A stretch of DNA of 48,438 nucleotides. It comes from an uncultured bacterium (GTDB lineage Bacteria > Patescibacteriota > Minisyncoccia > Phycocordibacterales > PALSA-1337). The DNA is taken from assembly GCA_903864905.1 (NCBI GenBank), contig CAIPHR010000073.1, forward strand, positions 1 to 48,438, given 5' to 3'. This document shows positions 32,923-41,239 of the stretch, in pieces. The notes under the pieces were generated by a model that did no database searches, was not told the DNA's origin, and saw only the letters and a program-made list of their open reading frames with translations. Numbering within the stretch: the first letter of the stretch is position 1; each line of letters opens with the position of its first letter. Position numbers and translations under genes: made by a program.

Positions 32923-34746
32923 ATGAATAAAATAGGTACAGCGAAACGTATTTGGGGTATTTGTGCTCCATTTCATCGACATTTGGTAGGATCTCTCGGT
33001 ATAGTTCTGGCACATCAGGCTGTAAACTCTATATTTCCACTCATAATGGGACTCATGGTTACAGCTGTGGTAGAAAAACAATACACGACCTTGATTTGGT
33101 CTATCCTGGTTTGGTCTATATTGATCACTGCACGGACAGGAGTCGGATATTTTCGTGACTTTTACGAGATTCGATATCTCAGTTACGATTTCCCTCGGCA
33201 CCTTTCGCAGATATCTATGGAGAAGTTTTTTAACGTCTCCATGGGACAGCACCACCTCGGGCACTCGTTGATCAAAAGTAGTGTTGTGAGGAAGGGTGAG
33301 GCGGCGATCTCGGGTACGGTAAATTCAGTAATTTACGAGTTATTGCCGCTCATCTTCATGATAACATTGCCGCTCGCATTCATGATCGTAAAAGTTCCAG
33401 TCGTCGGTCTGAGTGTCAGTGTAACGATAATTATCTTCATCTGGTATTCATATAGATTTAACAAATTTTTTGTTACTAAACTATGTGGACTCGATACATT
33501 GGCAAATACTGTATCAAAGAAGCATGGCGAGGTGATACAGAATGCAGACGTTGTTTACGTCAATGCACAAGAAGAAAGAGTGAAAATAGAATGTGATGAC
33601 GGGAACGTACTACAAGGAGTGCAAGGTAAGCCAGTTTGGCTTTCTTATGTTGCATGGTTCTTCGGTGGTTTGTGGTTTACTCAACTTTCGCAAGTTGTAT
33701 GTATCGCTATCAGTGCATACTTGGCTTATCAAGGTAGGATTTCCTCGGGGACTTTCGTTGCATTGTTTATGTGGATCGGTACATCTCTAGGAATGTTATG
33801 GAATATCAGTAACATGCAGCGTAACATGGCAAAGAACATGGCGCCCATTAGCAAGTATTTCAAGTTTCTTGATTATGAGCCAGACATATTGATGCCGAAA
33901 AATCCTGTGCCGATAGAACACTTACGTGGGCGCATCGAATTTCGCCACGTCAGTTTTACCTATCGTTCTAGGGCAACCATGGATGACCTGGAAAATGATG
34001 GCACAGAACAGGTAAAATCAGTCGAGAATGTTGTAGGCAACGTGTCTGAGATTTCAGCTCTCATGGATGTTTCATTTGTTCTAGAAGAAGGTAAACGCTA
34101 TGCGTTTGTCGGTAGATCTGGAGCAGGAAAATCAACCCTAGTAGGTCTCATATTGCGAGCATTCGATCCACAGTCTGGCCATGTGCTCATCGACGGTGTC
34201 GATGTTAGAATTCTTGATTATCAAGATCTCCGTCGTAGGATCGGCCTAGTACCCCAGGACGTGGCCCTATTTGATGGTACGATACGTTACAACGTAACAT
34301 TCGGTATGAATGGAAGTGCTCTCAATGTTACGGACACTGAACTCGAGGTAGCCGCCAAGTTGGCGCGCGTTTCTGAGTTCAAGGAGAAGCTGGAAAAAGG
34401 TTGGGAAACCTTGATCGGAGAGCGAGGTATCAAGCTCTCTGGGGGCCAGCGGCAGAGGGTTGGGATAATGCGGGCGCTCATAAAGAATCCACAGATCCTC
34501 ATCTTCGATGAAGCGACCTCGAGTCTCGATATGGAAAATGAGTCGGGGATCCGTGAAAGTATCATCGAAGCCTCAGCAGGAAAGACGGCGATCATCATTG
34601 CGCATCGTCTGGCTACTGTTAAGGATGCCGACAAGATCTTTGTCTTTGATGAAGGCAAGGTCGTTGGTGAAGGGACTCATGAGGAGCTCCTTCGGGCAAA
34701 TGAATATTACCAGCGCCTTGTTCAGAAGCAAGTGATAATGGCTTGA
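32923..34746 (+). CDS. ABC exporter, fused permease and ATPase (MsbA/ABCB-like)
   Basis: 607 aa with 6 N-terminal TM helices. Walker A GRSGAGKST, signature LSGGQRQRV, Walker B ILIFDEATSSLD, H-loop IIAHRL. Confidence 0.9.
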   Translation: MNKIGTAKRIWGICAPFHRHLVGSLGIVLAHQAVNSIFPLIMGLMVTAVVEKQYTTLIWSILVWSILITARTGVGYFRDFYEIRYLSYDFPRHLSQISMEKFFNVSMGQHHLGHSLIKSSVVRKGEAAISGTVNSVIYELLPLIFMITLPLAFMIVKVPVVGLSVSVTIIIFIWYSYRFNKFFVTKLCGLDTLANTVSKKHGEVIQNADVVYVNAQEERVKIECDDGNVLQGVQGKPVWLSYVAWFFGGLWFTQLSQVVCIAISAYLAYQGRISSGTFVALFMWIGTSLGMLWNISNMQRNMAKNMAPISKYFKFLDYEPDILMPKNPVPIEHLRGRIEFRHVSFTYRSRATMDDLENDGTEQVKSVENVVGNVSEISALMDVSFVLEEGKRYAFVGRSGAGKSTLVGLILRAFDPQSGHVLIDGVDVRILDYQDLRRRIGLVPQDVALFDGTIRYNVTFGMNGSALNVTDTELEVAAKLARVSEFKEKLEKGWETLIGERGIKLSGGQRQRVGIMRALIKNPQILIFDEATSSLDMENESGIRESIIEASAGKTAIIIAHRLATVKDADKIFVFDEGKVVGEGTHEELLRANEYYQRLVQKQVIMA

Positions 34747-34763
34747 TTCATCAGTCTACACTA

Positions 34764-34798
34764 GCCGCAGCGTCCATCGGGGATTCTGCGGTTTTTTT
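34764..34798 (+). terminator. Intrinsic terminator
   Basis: CCGCAG...CTGCGG stem followed by T7. Confidence 0.7.
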
Positions 34799-34842
34799 GA
34801 TGCCTCGTACCATCACGTAAGCTGTGGTAGAATCCATGGGTC

Positions 34843-35469
34843 ATGACATTCCTAAGAATATCCCAGTTTCTGACATGGCCAATAGCTTTTGTCTATTTTC
34901 ACTTATTTTACCGTCTACGTATAAATGGTAGAGAAAATTTCAATAAAGTGAATAGTCCATTCATTATAATAGTGAATCATTTCAGTTTTGTTGATAGTTT
35001 TCTATTCCGTTTAATTCTAGGTTTTTCTACTCCACACCTACCACTTAGATTCATGGCAGTCGAAAAGTTCAGTTGGAAATGGCTCAATTTTCTTTCTGAG
35101 ATAGGAGTGGTACCATTTATTTATAGTATTTTTGGAGTGTTCGTCGTTGTTCCAGGACAAGGTCTTCAAAAGAATTTGGAGATGGCAAAGAAGATCATCA
35201 GTAAAAAGGGGAATATAGTCATCTACCCTGAAGGAAAAATTGTTACAGATCATGTGATCGCTCCATTCAGATCAGGTGCGGCAGTTCTTGCAATAGAGAC
35301 TAATACTCCAGTTATACCAGTCTCACTACGTCTTGGTGATAGACATTTTATTCGTAAAGACCTTGTTGTCAATATTGGAGAGCCTTTACGTGTTGGTGCT
35401 GAAGGAGATGTAGAAGTCACGGTCAAGATGTTTTATGAGTCTATATTGATGTTATATGCAATGGTATGA
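34843..35469 (+). CDS. plsC: 1-acyl-sn-glycerol-3-phosphate acyltransferase-like (PlsC family)
   Basis: 208 aa with the HX4D motif NHFSFVDS, plus YPEGK and PVIPVSL blocks. Confidence 0.75.
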   Translation: MTFLRISQFLTWPIAFVYFHLFYRLRINGRENFNKVNSPFIIIVNHFSFVDSFLFRLILGFSTPHLPLRFMAVEKFSWKWLNFLSEIGVVPFIYSIFGVFVVVPGQGLQKNLEMAKKIISKKGNIVIYPEGKIVTDHVIAPFRSGAAVLAIETNTPVIPVSLRLGDRHFIRKDLVVNIGEPLRVGAEGDVEVTVKMFYESILMLYAMV

Positions 35470-35526
35470 GAAATGTTTAATATCCTATAATGTGTTCTAA
35501 TTACTGCTCGTGCCAAAGATATTTTA

Positions 35527-35535
35527 TGCTATAGT
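35527..35535 (+). promoter_or_regulatory. Extended -10 box TGCTATAGT, 9 nt upstream of the ATG at 35545
   Basis: Read directly; no SD sequence. Confidence 0.45.
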
Positions 35536-35544
35536 TGTTACAAT

Positions 35545-36189
35545 ATGCCGTTAAAAATCGAATCATTCGAAGACGAATTTATCGATAAGATCTGTAAAGA
35601 ATCAATCGATGGCCTCAATATATTTTATGAGATAAATTGGGTTCATCATTTACCTGTACCTATAGTGGTGAAAGATCGAAAATCAATCGACCTGTTAAAA
35701 AGAGAAAAAACTGAACCATGGGTAGTTGGATGGTCAGAAGGGAATAAAGTATTCATACTCGATCGTAATAATTTTGGCTCGGAGAGCAACCACAAATATT
35801 CGCCAGAGACATATCATTCATTATTGAAGCATGAGATAAGCCATGCTTTTTATCGGATTCTTTGTGGTGGAAATATGAAACCCATTTGGCTTTGTGAGGG
35901 AGTTGCCATATTTACGTCCGGACAAAATAGGGAGAAGCGTCCGGTAGAATGTTTCAAAGAATTTCTCAATTTCCAGGAAGACGGCGGTAGTGGAGTTTAT
36001 GCCGAATCTGGTTTCGCAGTATATTTATTGGTCAAGGAATTTGGAAAACAGAAGTTACTAGATCTTATTAAGGGACTTAAATCTATTACCTCACAAAAAG
36101 AATTTACAGAGTTATTTATAAAGATCTACGGTATTGAACCAACATATGAGAAGTTTAATGAGTTTCTCAGGAAATATTCGCTGAAGTGA
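35545..36189 (+). CDS. Peptidase-MA-like HExxH protein
   Basis: 214 aa with LKHEISHAF and, downstream, WLCEGVAIF (the HExxH ... EG.A pattern of the peptidase MA_2-type family). Confidence 0.5.
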   Translation: MPLKIESFEDEFIDKICKESIDGLNIFYEINWVHHLPVPIVVKDRKSIDLLKREKTEPWVVGWSEGNKVFILDRNNFGSESNHKYSPETYHSLLKHEISHAFYRILCGGNMKPIWLCEGVAIFTSGQNREKRPVECFKEFLNFQEDGGSGVYAESGFAVYLLVKEFGKQKLLDLIKGLKSITSQKEFTELFIKIYGIEPTYEKFNEFLRKYSLK

Positions 36190-36255
36190 ATGATTGCTAA
36201 TAGTGCTGTTCAGGCTAGGGAACATAATTGACAGTGAAAACCGGGGTATGATGCA

Positions 36256-36747
36256 CTAGATCTTTTTATTCCCAGATTCACGATTACGTTTTTTGATGCG
36301 ATCTTCTAATTCTTTTAATGGCGCTATATCAAACTGTTGTCTTTCTTTATCAGTAGTCCTTGAATCAATGGGCGATAATACCCATTTGCTGCTGGCATCT
36401 TTTTTCCAAGATTGGGTGCCGAATTTTTGTTTTTTACCCCTCTTGAGAAGCAGCCTGTCTAAACATGTTGCATAGAATGCCAGAGCTTTCTTATATCCGA
36501 GCTCATGACTGATCTTAGAGAATCTGACAGCTTTGACCGAGTCTAGAATGCTTCCGCCATGTTGAACTATCATTGCCGCATGATAGTAGTCTTTTGCTGA
36601 TACGAGCTTACCTGTACGAATGAGACCTTGAACAACCCTCCTCCTCTCTCTATCATTTTTTGTAAGCAAAGACGCATCATTCCGTATCATCGGGTTACGT
36701 CGGTCTTTTTGATCATCATTGAATATTCTTAGTAGCTTCTTATTCAT
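36256..36747 (-). CDS. Hypothetical protein
   Basis: 163-aa basic protein with no recognisable motif. Confidence 0.55.
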   Translation of the reverse strand: MNKKLLRIFNDDQKDRRNPMIRNDASLLTKNDRERRRVVQGLIRTGKLVSAKDYYHAAMIVQHGGSILDSVKAVRFSKISHELGYKKALAFYATCLDRLLLKRGKKQKFGTQSWKKDASSKWVLSPIDSRTTDKERQQFDIAPLKELEDRIKKRNRESGNKKI

Positions 36748-36761
36748 AAGATGATTCTATC

Positions 36762-36797
36762 ATAAAAAAGCCGCCAAAAACTTATTCTGACGGCTTT
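36762..36797 (-). terminator. Orphan minus-strand intrinsic terminator (probably the original terminator of the disrupted HK gene)
   Basis: On the - strand: AAAGCCGTC-loop-GGCGGCTTT followed by a T-run. It lies upstream of the start of the 36256-36747 gene and about 100 nt downstream of the HK remnant. Confidence 0.5.
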
Positions 36798-36899
36798 CCT
36801 ATTTGCTTTATCTCCTTCCGAAGAAGGCGAGCCCGAAGGCATTTGTAATTATAGGTTAGCATACCAGATTGCAAAAAGCACATTTCCAGGGTTCTTTTG

Positions 36900-36985
36900 C
36901 TATAATGGCATCTTTACCCTCACCCTCGCGCCCTTTCCTTCATCATCTGACTCGATCTCTAATATTTCGTGATATATCCAAGAAA
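36900..36985 (-). pseudogene. Decayed 3'-terminal remnant of a histidine-kinase gene
   Basis: Minus-strand frame ..IYHEILEIESDDEGKGARVRVKMPL* aligns with AHHGTLEIESDGEEMGARVKVGMP of the HK at 40315-41139. 36906-36961 matches 40333-40388 at 49 of 56 nt. Confidence 0.65.
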
Positions 36986-37027
36986 CTCCATTCAAAATGG
37001 GTGCTGTTTCGGCATATTGACTTTCCG

Positions 37028-37064
37028 TTTTCTGACCAGTATACAACTTGTACTGGTCAGAAAA
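37028..37064. repeat. Perfect 14-bp inverted repeat (TTTTCTGACCAGTA / TACTGGTCAGAAAA) with a 9-nt spacer
   Basis: Read directly. It lies just inside the left end of the R-M island, about 85 nt upstream of the MTase promoter. Confidence 0.8.
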
Positions 37065-37179
37065 GGCACATTTTGCCCAGTGTGCGTCCATTCCTACTCA
37101 AAATTCATGTTTTCGATCGATGCCTAGTATCTTTATAAAATAAATACTATAATTGAGCTAATAGAGGGTTGAATTAAAA

Positions 37180-38004
37180 ATGAAAACACTTACTTCCACA
37201 TTACCAAAGATTGCTAGCTTGTCGACACAACAGAATCTACAACTGCTGGATATTAAGCGTGAAATAAATATAGTGAAGAAAGACTGCGTCAAGTTTCTTA
37301 AAGATATTAAAGACAATACTGTGGACCTGATTGTAACAGACCCAGCGTATTCTGGGATGAATGAGAAACTGAAACTAGGTCACGGGAGGATTGTTGGAGA
37401 TTATGGAAAAGAAGGTAATTCAAAATGGTTTGAGGAATTTCGAGATGATCCAGAAAATTTTAGGATTTTCCTTGCTGAATGTAAAAGAGTTCTTAAAGAT
37501 GGAGGCCACATCTTCATCATGTTTGATAATTTTTCGTTGCTCACATTAGGTCATTTGATGCGGGAATTCTTTGATGTTAAGAATATTATTGTTTGGGATA
37601 AGGTAAACATTGGCATGGGACATTATTTCAGACGGAGACACGAGATGATTATTTTTGCAAGTAAAGGCAAGAGGAAGTTGAACAATAGGAGGACTCCTGA
37701 TGTATGGAGATTTAAGCGTATTCATAATGCGGCGTATCCCACACAAAAACCAGTTGAATTATTTGAGGCTATGATCAACGGAAGTGCGAGCCAAGACTTT
37801 TTAGTTGTCGATCCATTTATAGGGAGCGGTAGTTCAGCCATTGCGGCGATTAAAAAAGGCTGTAAATTTTTAGGTTGTGACCTTTCCGATGAAGCTGTGA
37901 GTATAACGAAGAAAAGAGTAGACCATTATTTACATACAGGGCTCGATTTATTACAGCCGGAAAGTTCCGCATTACCAGCTGACATTCTGAACAAATTCTG
38001 GTAA
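37180..38004 (+). CDS. Type II DNA methyltransferase, beta-class N6A/N4C (DPAY variant of motif IV)
   Basis: 274 aa. Motif IV DLIVTDPAYSG, with motif I VVDPFIGSGSSAIAAIKKG downstream. Confidence 0.8.
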   Translation: MKTLTSTLPKIASLSTQQNLQLLDIKREINIVKKDCVKFLKDIKDNTVDLIVTDPAYSGMNEKLKLGHGRIVGDYGKEGNSKWFEEFRDDPENFRIFLAECKRVLKDGGHIFIMFDNFSLLTLGHLMREFFDVKNIIVWDKVNIGMGHYFRRRHEMIIFASKGKRKLNNRRTPDVWRFKRIHNAAYPTQKPVELFEAMINGSASQDFLVVDPFIGSGSSAIAAIKKGCKFLGCDLSDEAVSITKKRVDHYLHTGLDLLQPESSALPADILNKFW

Positions 38005-38015
38005 TCTTCAAGTTT

Positions 38016-39761
38016 ATGGATACACGGACATGGTCTATTCCAACTTCTCCTCGATCACCAATAAAATTGGTCAGTCATATCTCGTTGCTGAAAAAGTTTG
38101 AAGGAAGAAAGTGGAATACGGACACTCAAAAAGAATACGCAAGTAAATTAGTAAAGACTGAAGGTTTTGAAGGTGAAGGATATTCTGCTGAAATGGCTTT
38201 TTCTGCCAGAGATATTGTTAATAGAGCGCCTAAAACATTTGGTTTCGTGAGAGCTGATAGTAAGACACCTATCATAATAACTTCAGCTGGTAAGAGGTTA
38301 ATTGAAGGTAAACAGTTAGATGACCTATTTTTAAGGCAACTTTTGAAGTGGCAATATCCGTCTGCCAAACACAGCGAACAAATTTATAAGGAACGGTTTC
38401 TTATAAAACCATTTCTAGAAACACTTCGCCTTATTCGGGAGCTAGACGGACTGAGTAAATTGGAGATTGCGATATTTGCTGTTCCATTCATCAAATACTA
38501 TGAGTATGAAATAATAAAAAAGGAGGTAATCAATTATCGTAGAGAATTGAGTCTATTGAAAGGTGTAGAAAGAAAAAAGTTTCAGACCCAGTATCATCTA
38601 AATAAAATGAAGAAGATCTATGCCGAGGAAATATCATCCGGACATTTACATCTAAGAGAAGCTGGAGGTGTAGAAGCAGATATACTCGATTATCTTAAAA
38701 CAAAAAGAAGAAATACAATTGATTACGCTGATGCAGCGATTAGGTATTTCAGAATGACGAACTTGTTCGTGATTTCATCGCATGTCTACAAACTTGGGAT
38801 TTCTGAGGATAAAGTAAAAATTGTTGATGATATTTTAAATACGATTCCTCGCGAGCCTATGTCATTTGATGATGAGGAAAAGTTTTTTGAGTATCTTGAA
38901 GATCCGAATACGCCTAAGTTGCTTACAGACAATCCTGGTGGACTAAAAACCCAGATTCATGAGATGGTACAAATCCTGAAAGGACTGAATGATAAATCTG
39001 CTTTAGATATATCTAGTAAACTTGAAAAAGAGAATGATACTGCAGGGCTCAAGATGATACTGGCTGATGCCGAAAGGATCATTCTGAAGATAAAACAGAA
39101 ACGGCAGATTGATATTTTACAGAGTTACTCGGAATATGATGATATTCAGTCTGTGTTTGATCAGTTAATTGCTCGAGATAGTGATATTCCAGATAAGCCA
39201 TTATTTTTCGAGTGGAATACGTGGCGAGCGCTAAGTATGCTGGATGATGGAGAAATTGTAGGTAATCTTGAGCAAGATATTGAGGGTATGCCGGTTAGAT
39301 TGGCACTTGGTGGCTTTCCTGACATCGTATGTTATTACAAGGATTTTGTTCTTGTTGTGGAAGTGACTTTAACATCCGGTCGTAGACAATATGAGGCTGA
39401 ACAGGAACCGGTATCGAGACATGTCGGAGACGTTATTAAACAACTTAAAGAAAAAGGTGATATGAGAAATGTCTTTGGGCTATTTTTAGCTCCTGTTATT
39501 AATGAAGCTAGTATAGCGCATTTCTATACCACAAGAAGAATTGAAGTCAGTTATTATGGTGGAAAAGTTAAAGTTATACCGCTGTCTATTGTTGAATTCC
39601 GACAAATGTTAGAAAAGGCAAAACAGGCTGGAGGCGTTAAGTCTGGGCACATACAGAGATTCATTGAAAACGCCGATGAATATGCTGATAATTCTGGTAA
39701 TGAGCAGGAGTGGTTTAAATATATAAAAGATCTCTCAAAAGATTGGGTTGACGCTAAATAG
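38016..39761 (+). CDS. Putative Type II restriction endonuclease (possibly AlwI-like family)
   Basis: 581 aa, starting 11 nt after the MTase stop. C-terminal PD-(D/E)xK-like GGFPDIVCYY..VLVVEVTLTSGRRQYEAEQEPVSRH. The family call is from memory only. Confidence 0.55.
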   Translation: MDTRTWSIPTSPRSPIKLVSHISLLKKFEGRKWNTDTQKEYASKLVKTEGFEGEGYSAEMAFSARDIVNRAPKTFGFVRADSKTPIIITSAGKRLIEGKQLDDLFLRQLLKWQYPSAKHSEQIYKERFLIKPFLETLRLIRELDGLSKLEIAIFAVPFIKYYEYEIIKKEVINYRRELSLLKGVERKKFQTQYHLNKMKKIYAEEISSGHLHLREAGGVEADILDYLKTKRRNTIDYADAAIRYFRMTNLFVISSHVYKLGISEDKVKIVDDILNTIPREPMSFDDEEKFFEYLEDPNTPKLLTDNPGGLKTQIHEMVQILKGLNDKSALDISSKLEKENDTAGLKMILADAERIILKIKQKRQIDILQSYSEYDDIQSVFDQLIARDSDIPDKPLFFEWNTWRALSMLDDGEIVGNLEQDIEGMPVRLALGGFPDIVCYYKDFVLVVEVTLTSGRRQYEAEQEPVSRHVGDVIKQLKEKGDMRNVFGLFLAPVINEASIAHFYTTRRIEVSYYGGKVKVIPLSIVEFRQMLEKAKQAGGVKSGHIQRFIENADEYADNSGNEQEWFKYIKDLSKDWVDAK

Positions 39762-39862
39762 TATGGTTACGGATGAGCTAACGACCCTCATTGCGACCCT
39801 CACCTCTTTTCCTTCAGTAAGAACAATCAACATTGGTATAGCCGTACCTAACAAGTCGGCTT

Positions 39863-40261
39863 TTATTGACTCCTAAAAGGTTTTATCCACCCAAGATCTT
39901 TCCACAATCTCAATTCATCAGAATATGGTAGACCAGCCTCCGGAATAGTATTTAGATAACAAACCTCGATTTTTTTATTGACGGCTCTGTTCAATCCTAT
40001 AGCAAACGCCATTTCCGCAAATACTCCAGCACCTATATAACCAGGTATGCCTTTCTTGTCCAAATTGAGTGCCAGTAATATATCTGTTTTAGTAATGGCA
40101 TCATAATGTTGAGAAAATTCCTTTTCATATCCACGACTTAGGTCACCTAGTATTTTTGTAGGATACTTGATGACATCAAAACCTTTTTTCTCTAGTCTGT
40201 CTTTCCAATCCAATATTTCTGCTTCAAATGATGCGCTGGCGCAGATAACTATTTTTTTCAT
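39863..40261 (-). CDS. Nucleoside 2-deoxyribosyltransferase-like / nucleotide N-hydrolase-like protein
   Basis: 132 aa with a Rossmann-like KKIVICASASF start and GYIGAGVFAEMAFAIG (a G..E.G.A-type motif). Confidence 0.4.
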   Translation of the reverse strand: MKKIVICASASFEAEILDWKDRLEKKGFDVIKYPTKILGDLSRGYEKEFSQHYDAITKTDILLALNLDKKGIPGYIGAGVFAEMAFAIGLNRAVNKKIEVCYLNTIPEAGLPYSDELRLWKDLGWIKPFRSQ

Positions 40262-40314
40262 AAGCAGTATGTTATTGATAATAGAATTTACTTTAATTAT
40301 ATATCATAAGATAA

Positions 40315-41139
40315 TTATAAAAAAGATACCCGTGGCATCCCCACCTTCACCCTCGCGCCCATTTCTTCACCATCTGACTCGATCTCTAGTGTCCCATGAT
40401 GCGCACGGACGACAGCGCGTGCTACAGATAGTCCGATACCCATACCGATGGGGTTAGCAGACTGCGCGCGTTTACTGCGGTAGAAGTGTCTGGTGAATAG
40501 TTTTTCCCGATCTTCGGCGATGAGGCCGATACCTGTGTTTTCGACCATCATCTCGAATGTGCGGCCGGAAGTGCCATCAACCACTCGCGTCTTGATCTCT
40601 ATCGTCCCCCCATCCACATTGTATTTAACCGCGTTCTCTAGAATGATGAGTAGAACCTCACGCATCTTGCCCGCGTCGATCTCGAGGTCAGGCCAGCTAG
40701 CACCGTCATGCGGGTACACAACTTTGAGATGCATTTTTTCAATATCTATCTTCAATTCATGGAGCACATCCTCGACCAATGGCAGGAGATTACCAGTCTC
40801 GATGTTCAAGATCTGCGAGCCGACCTTGAGCGCGGTGATGTTCAAGAAGTCATCGACGATGCGCGTTAGTCTCTCTACGGCGGTATTGGTATCCGTGAGC
40901 GCCTGGATTTGTTTGGGGTTGAATGTCCCGTATGTTCCACCCAGCATCGCTTCTAACTGCCAACGGATGCTAGTTACTGGCGTACGCAAGTGGTGCTGAG
41001 TGATCATGATGAATTGATCCTTGGTCTCATTTAGCTTCTCCAATTCCCGGCGGGCGTGCTTCTCGAGCCCGTATGCTTTGCGGACTTCGGCGGTCTGTTC
41101 TGCCACTTTTTCGGAGAGGGTGGAGTTGACACGATGCAC
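40315..41139 (-). CDS. 5'-truncated histidine-kinase paralog (DHp and CA domains only; may be a pseudogene)
   Basis: 274 aa, about 85% identical by eye to residues ~290-563 of the HK at 44431-46122. Has the H-box ITQHHLRTPVTSI, N-box ILENAVKYN and GMGIGLSVAR. It lacks the whole TM sensor region. Confidence 0.6.
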   Translation of the reverse strand: MHRVNSTLSEKVAEQTAEVRKAYGLEKHARRELEKLNETKDQFIMITQHHLRTPVTSIRWQLEAMLGGTYGTFNPKQIQALTDTNTAVERLTRIVDDFLNITALKVGSQILNIETGNLLPLVEDVLHELKIDIEKMHLKVVYPHDGASWPDLEIDAGKMREVLLIILENAVKYNVDGGTIEIKTRVVDGTSGRTFEMMVENTGIGLIAEDREKLFTRHFYRSKRAQSANPIGMGIGLSVARAVVRAHHGTLEIESDGEEMGARVKVGMPRVSFL

Positions 41140-41239
41140 ATAAACATTGTAGTCTCATAATTAGATTTAACGGTTGAAACCGCTTGTGCGGAATTGATCA
41201 ATTCACTAACAGTTCACTGACAATCAGTAATACGAAAGA

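Noticed and set aside
32806-33264. 152-aa minus-strand ORF.
   Set aside because: It overlaps the promoter, leader and first ~115 codons of the well-supported ABC exporter gene, and its sequence is low-complexity.
36869-37138. 89-aa (+) and 63-aa (-) ORFs as real genes.
   Set aside because: The - strand frame is only meaningful as a decayed HK C-terminal remnant. The + strand frame has no support and crosses the 14-bp inverted repeat.
40493-40999. 168-aa + strand ORF, and its counterpart at 44717-45058.
   Set aside because: Both are antisense to the HK paralogs. Their apparent conservation is simply a result of the HK duplication.
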